From: Cenococcum geophilum
Lineage: Eukaryota
Length of the DNA: 64,000 nt
Direction of reading: 5' to 3'
NCBI GenBank assembly: GCA_050273025.1
Contig: CP158635.1
Span: 16,554,001-16,618,000, forward strand
Shown here: positions 62,310-64,000 of the stretch, in pieces
Numbering within the stretch: the first letter of the stretch is position 1
Layout of the letters: each line of letters starts with the position of its first letter
The notes under the pieces: model-generated
What the model was told of the DNA's origin: nothing
Seen by the model: only the letters and a program-made list of their open reading frames with translations
Database searches by the model: none
Position numbers and translations under genes: made by a program

Positions 62310-63044
62310 TCTATCGCAGTTATATAAGGGGATATTGATTTTAACCGTATGATTGGGAGACGCAGGGCTATAAGGTCACTCTAGGGCTAGTTCTTAATGG
62401 TTTTGCTAGTACCTAGCACTTAAATCTACTAAGGATTTGCCCTAAAGTGACCAGATATCCCTGACCGCAAGCCTATAGCTACAAAACTATCTAACTATAG
62501 TAGTCGCACTAAGGCGGGTTTTTAGCGGTTTTGCTAGTTCCTAGCACCTGCTAAAGAATTGCCTTAAAGCGCTATCTATATATAATGCATACTAAGTGTA
62601 AGGGATAGCGGGTAGGAAAAGCGAATTAGCTACGTAGTGACTGCGTTTAATATTCGCGAATATTGCAGGAGGTCTTAGTATTGTGCGTTACTAAGATGGA
62701 CACTGCTAAGCAATATATAGACGCTAGTATATATTCTTTTCTAAGTTTTTATATATAGTTGCACGGGACAATATTTAAATTATCTTGTAAAGCCTGCTAT
62801 ACCTTATATGGATTAATACTAATTATTATATATATCTACATACTTAGAGACTCCTAAGTTAAACTAGATAGTTAATATTATACTAAAGTAAGACAGTAGT
62901 AAAACAAGTCCGATTTAGGTCGACAATATATAAATCGCCTTAAGCAGCTCTAGAATTAAACTTTGATTGATTTAAGGCATTCTACCTAGGAGCGTATAGA
63001 ATTTTTTTTGGAAGAACGCGGAATTTATAGTAAATCATGAAAAG

Positions 63045-63985
63045 ATATACGCTAGGTAGTTGTACGAGCTGGATAATTATGCGAACTAGGTAACCGTGTA
63101 AGCTAGGTGGATAAGCGTAGCGCCCTCTAAACGTGTAGCCAGGATTTTAACGGATTTAGTGGCTGCGGCTTCGGTCCTACAAGCTGGGCGCTTATAGGAG
63201 CTAGGGGATCCTACGAGCTAGGTGATTGTACGAGTAGGGTGTTTAACCTAGCGCCTTCTAATTAACGCCTAGCGTGCAAATAGAATATTAATGGGTTTAG
63301 CAACTCCGGCTTCGATCCTGCGAGCTAGGCGATCCTACGAGCTGGGTAATCGTGCGAGCTAGGTAATCGTGCGAGCTAGGTAATCGTGCGAGCTGGATGC
63401 TCGTGGGAGCTAGGTAATCCTATAAGCTAGGTAATCTTGCGAGCTAGGTGATCCCGCGAGCTAGGTAATCCCGCGAGCTAGGTAATCCCGCGAGCTAGGT
63501 AATCCCGCGAGCTAGGTAATCCCGCAAGCTAGGTGATCCCGCGAGCTAGGTGATCCCGCGAGCTAGGTAATCCTACGAGCTAGGTGATCCCACAAGCTAG
63601 GTGATTCTATAAGCTAGGTAATTCCACGAGCTAGGTAATCCCGCGAGCTAGGTAATCTTGCGAGCTAGGTGATTCTACGAGCTAGGTGATCTTGCGAGCT
63701 AGGTGATTGTGCGAGCTAGGTAATTATGCGAACTAGGTGCTCGTGGGAGCCAGCCGATCCTATAAGCTAGGCGATTGTGTAAGCTGGGTGCCCGTAGGAG
63801 CTGGCCGATCCTACGAACTAGGTGGTCGTGCGAGCTAAGTGCTCGTGGGAGCTAGGCGCTTATAGGAGATTGTAAAAGCTAAGTAATCGTGATTTAGTGC
63901 CCTTTATTAACGCTTAGCTGCAAGCTAGTTAATCCTATAAGCTAGGTAATCGCGCGAGCTAGGCGATTATACGAGCTAGGTAATA
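63045..63985 (+). repeat. 17-bp minisatellite (consensus ~GCGAGCT(A/G)GGT(A/G)ATCCC)
   Basis: gcgagctaggtaatccc repeated head-to-tail, most homogeneous at ~63440-63570, with degenerate units on both sides. Confidence 0.95.
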
Positions 63986-64000
63986 ATAGGGTCTAAGTGT

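Noticed and set aside
62399..62572. Short direct repeat ggttttgctagt(a/t)cctagcac...ttgcc(c/t)taaag
   Set aside because: Two ~45-bp degenerate copies with no TSD, TIR or coding context; no function can be supported.
63045..63985. CRISPR array
   Set aside because: Units are head-to-tail with no unique spacers, there are no cas genes, and the context is eukaryotic.
1..64000. ORFs in the supplied track as functional genes
   Set aside because: All are 146 aa or shorter and are either fragments of RIP-broken genes (e.g. 22073, 43465, 55180, 58449, 59451) or antisense/off-frame shadows (e.g. 44572, 51539, 59010, 61445). No intact gene was found.
1..64000. Starship captain (DUF3435) or DUF3723 gene
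   Set aside because: No recognisable tyrosine-recombinase or DUF3723 motifs were found by eye. The 21.9-22.3 kb read has only a vague resemblance to DUF3723. Several unknown pseudogenes still need HMM testing.
1..64000. Alternative genetic code or stop-codon read-through explaining the many in-frame TAA/TAG
   Set aside because: Stops replace Gln, Trp and Arg codons alike and come with missense transitions at catalytic residues and ATG>ATA starts, which is the RIP pattern.

Overview
Eukaryotic (filamentous ascomycete-type) DNA that has been saturated by repeat-induced point mutation (RIP). TpA dinucleotides and TAG/TAA triplets are everywhere, CpA/TpG is scarce, and almost every in-frame stop maps to an ancestral Gln, Trp or Arg codon. 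As a result the supplied ORF track shows only fragments. Reading through the stops shows about 57 kb densely packed with roughly 25 dead, intron-containing genes. These include two BTB/POZ genes, a double-RING protein, a BYS1-like protein, an AA11-like LPMO, a PD-(D/E)XK nuclease-like protein, a HeLo-like N-terminal protein, an APH-type kinase, a DUF6914-like protein, two MADS-box mini-genes, a ferric-reductase/NOX-like gene, a cupredoxin-like membrane protein, a TPR protein, a mucin-like membrane protein and a nucleotidyltransferase-like protein. This content resembles the interior of a RIP-inactivated Starship-like giant element, but no captain recombinase or element boundary was recognised in the window. 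Nested elements are a full-length Ty1/copia element (56808-62309, 272-bp LTRs, TCTAT TSD), a Ty3/gypsy chromodomain remnant, a Tc1/mariner-type MITE and a 68-bp hAT-type mini-element. A 17-bp minisatellite fills the right end. Unexplained structure includes six dispersed 9-bp CCACCT(C/G)AY arrays in upstream regions, a 60-bp perfect palindrome kept in two paralogues, and duplicated upstream cassettes. All family calls come from by-eye motif recognition, not database searches, and pseudogene boundaries are approximate.
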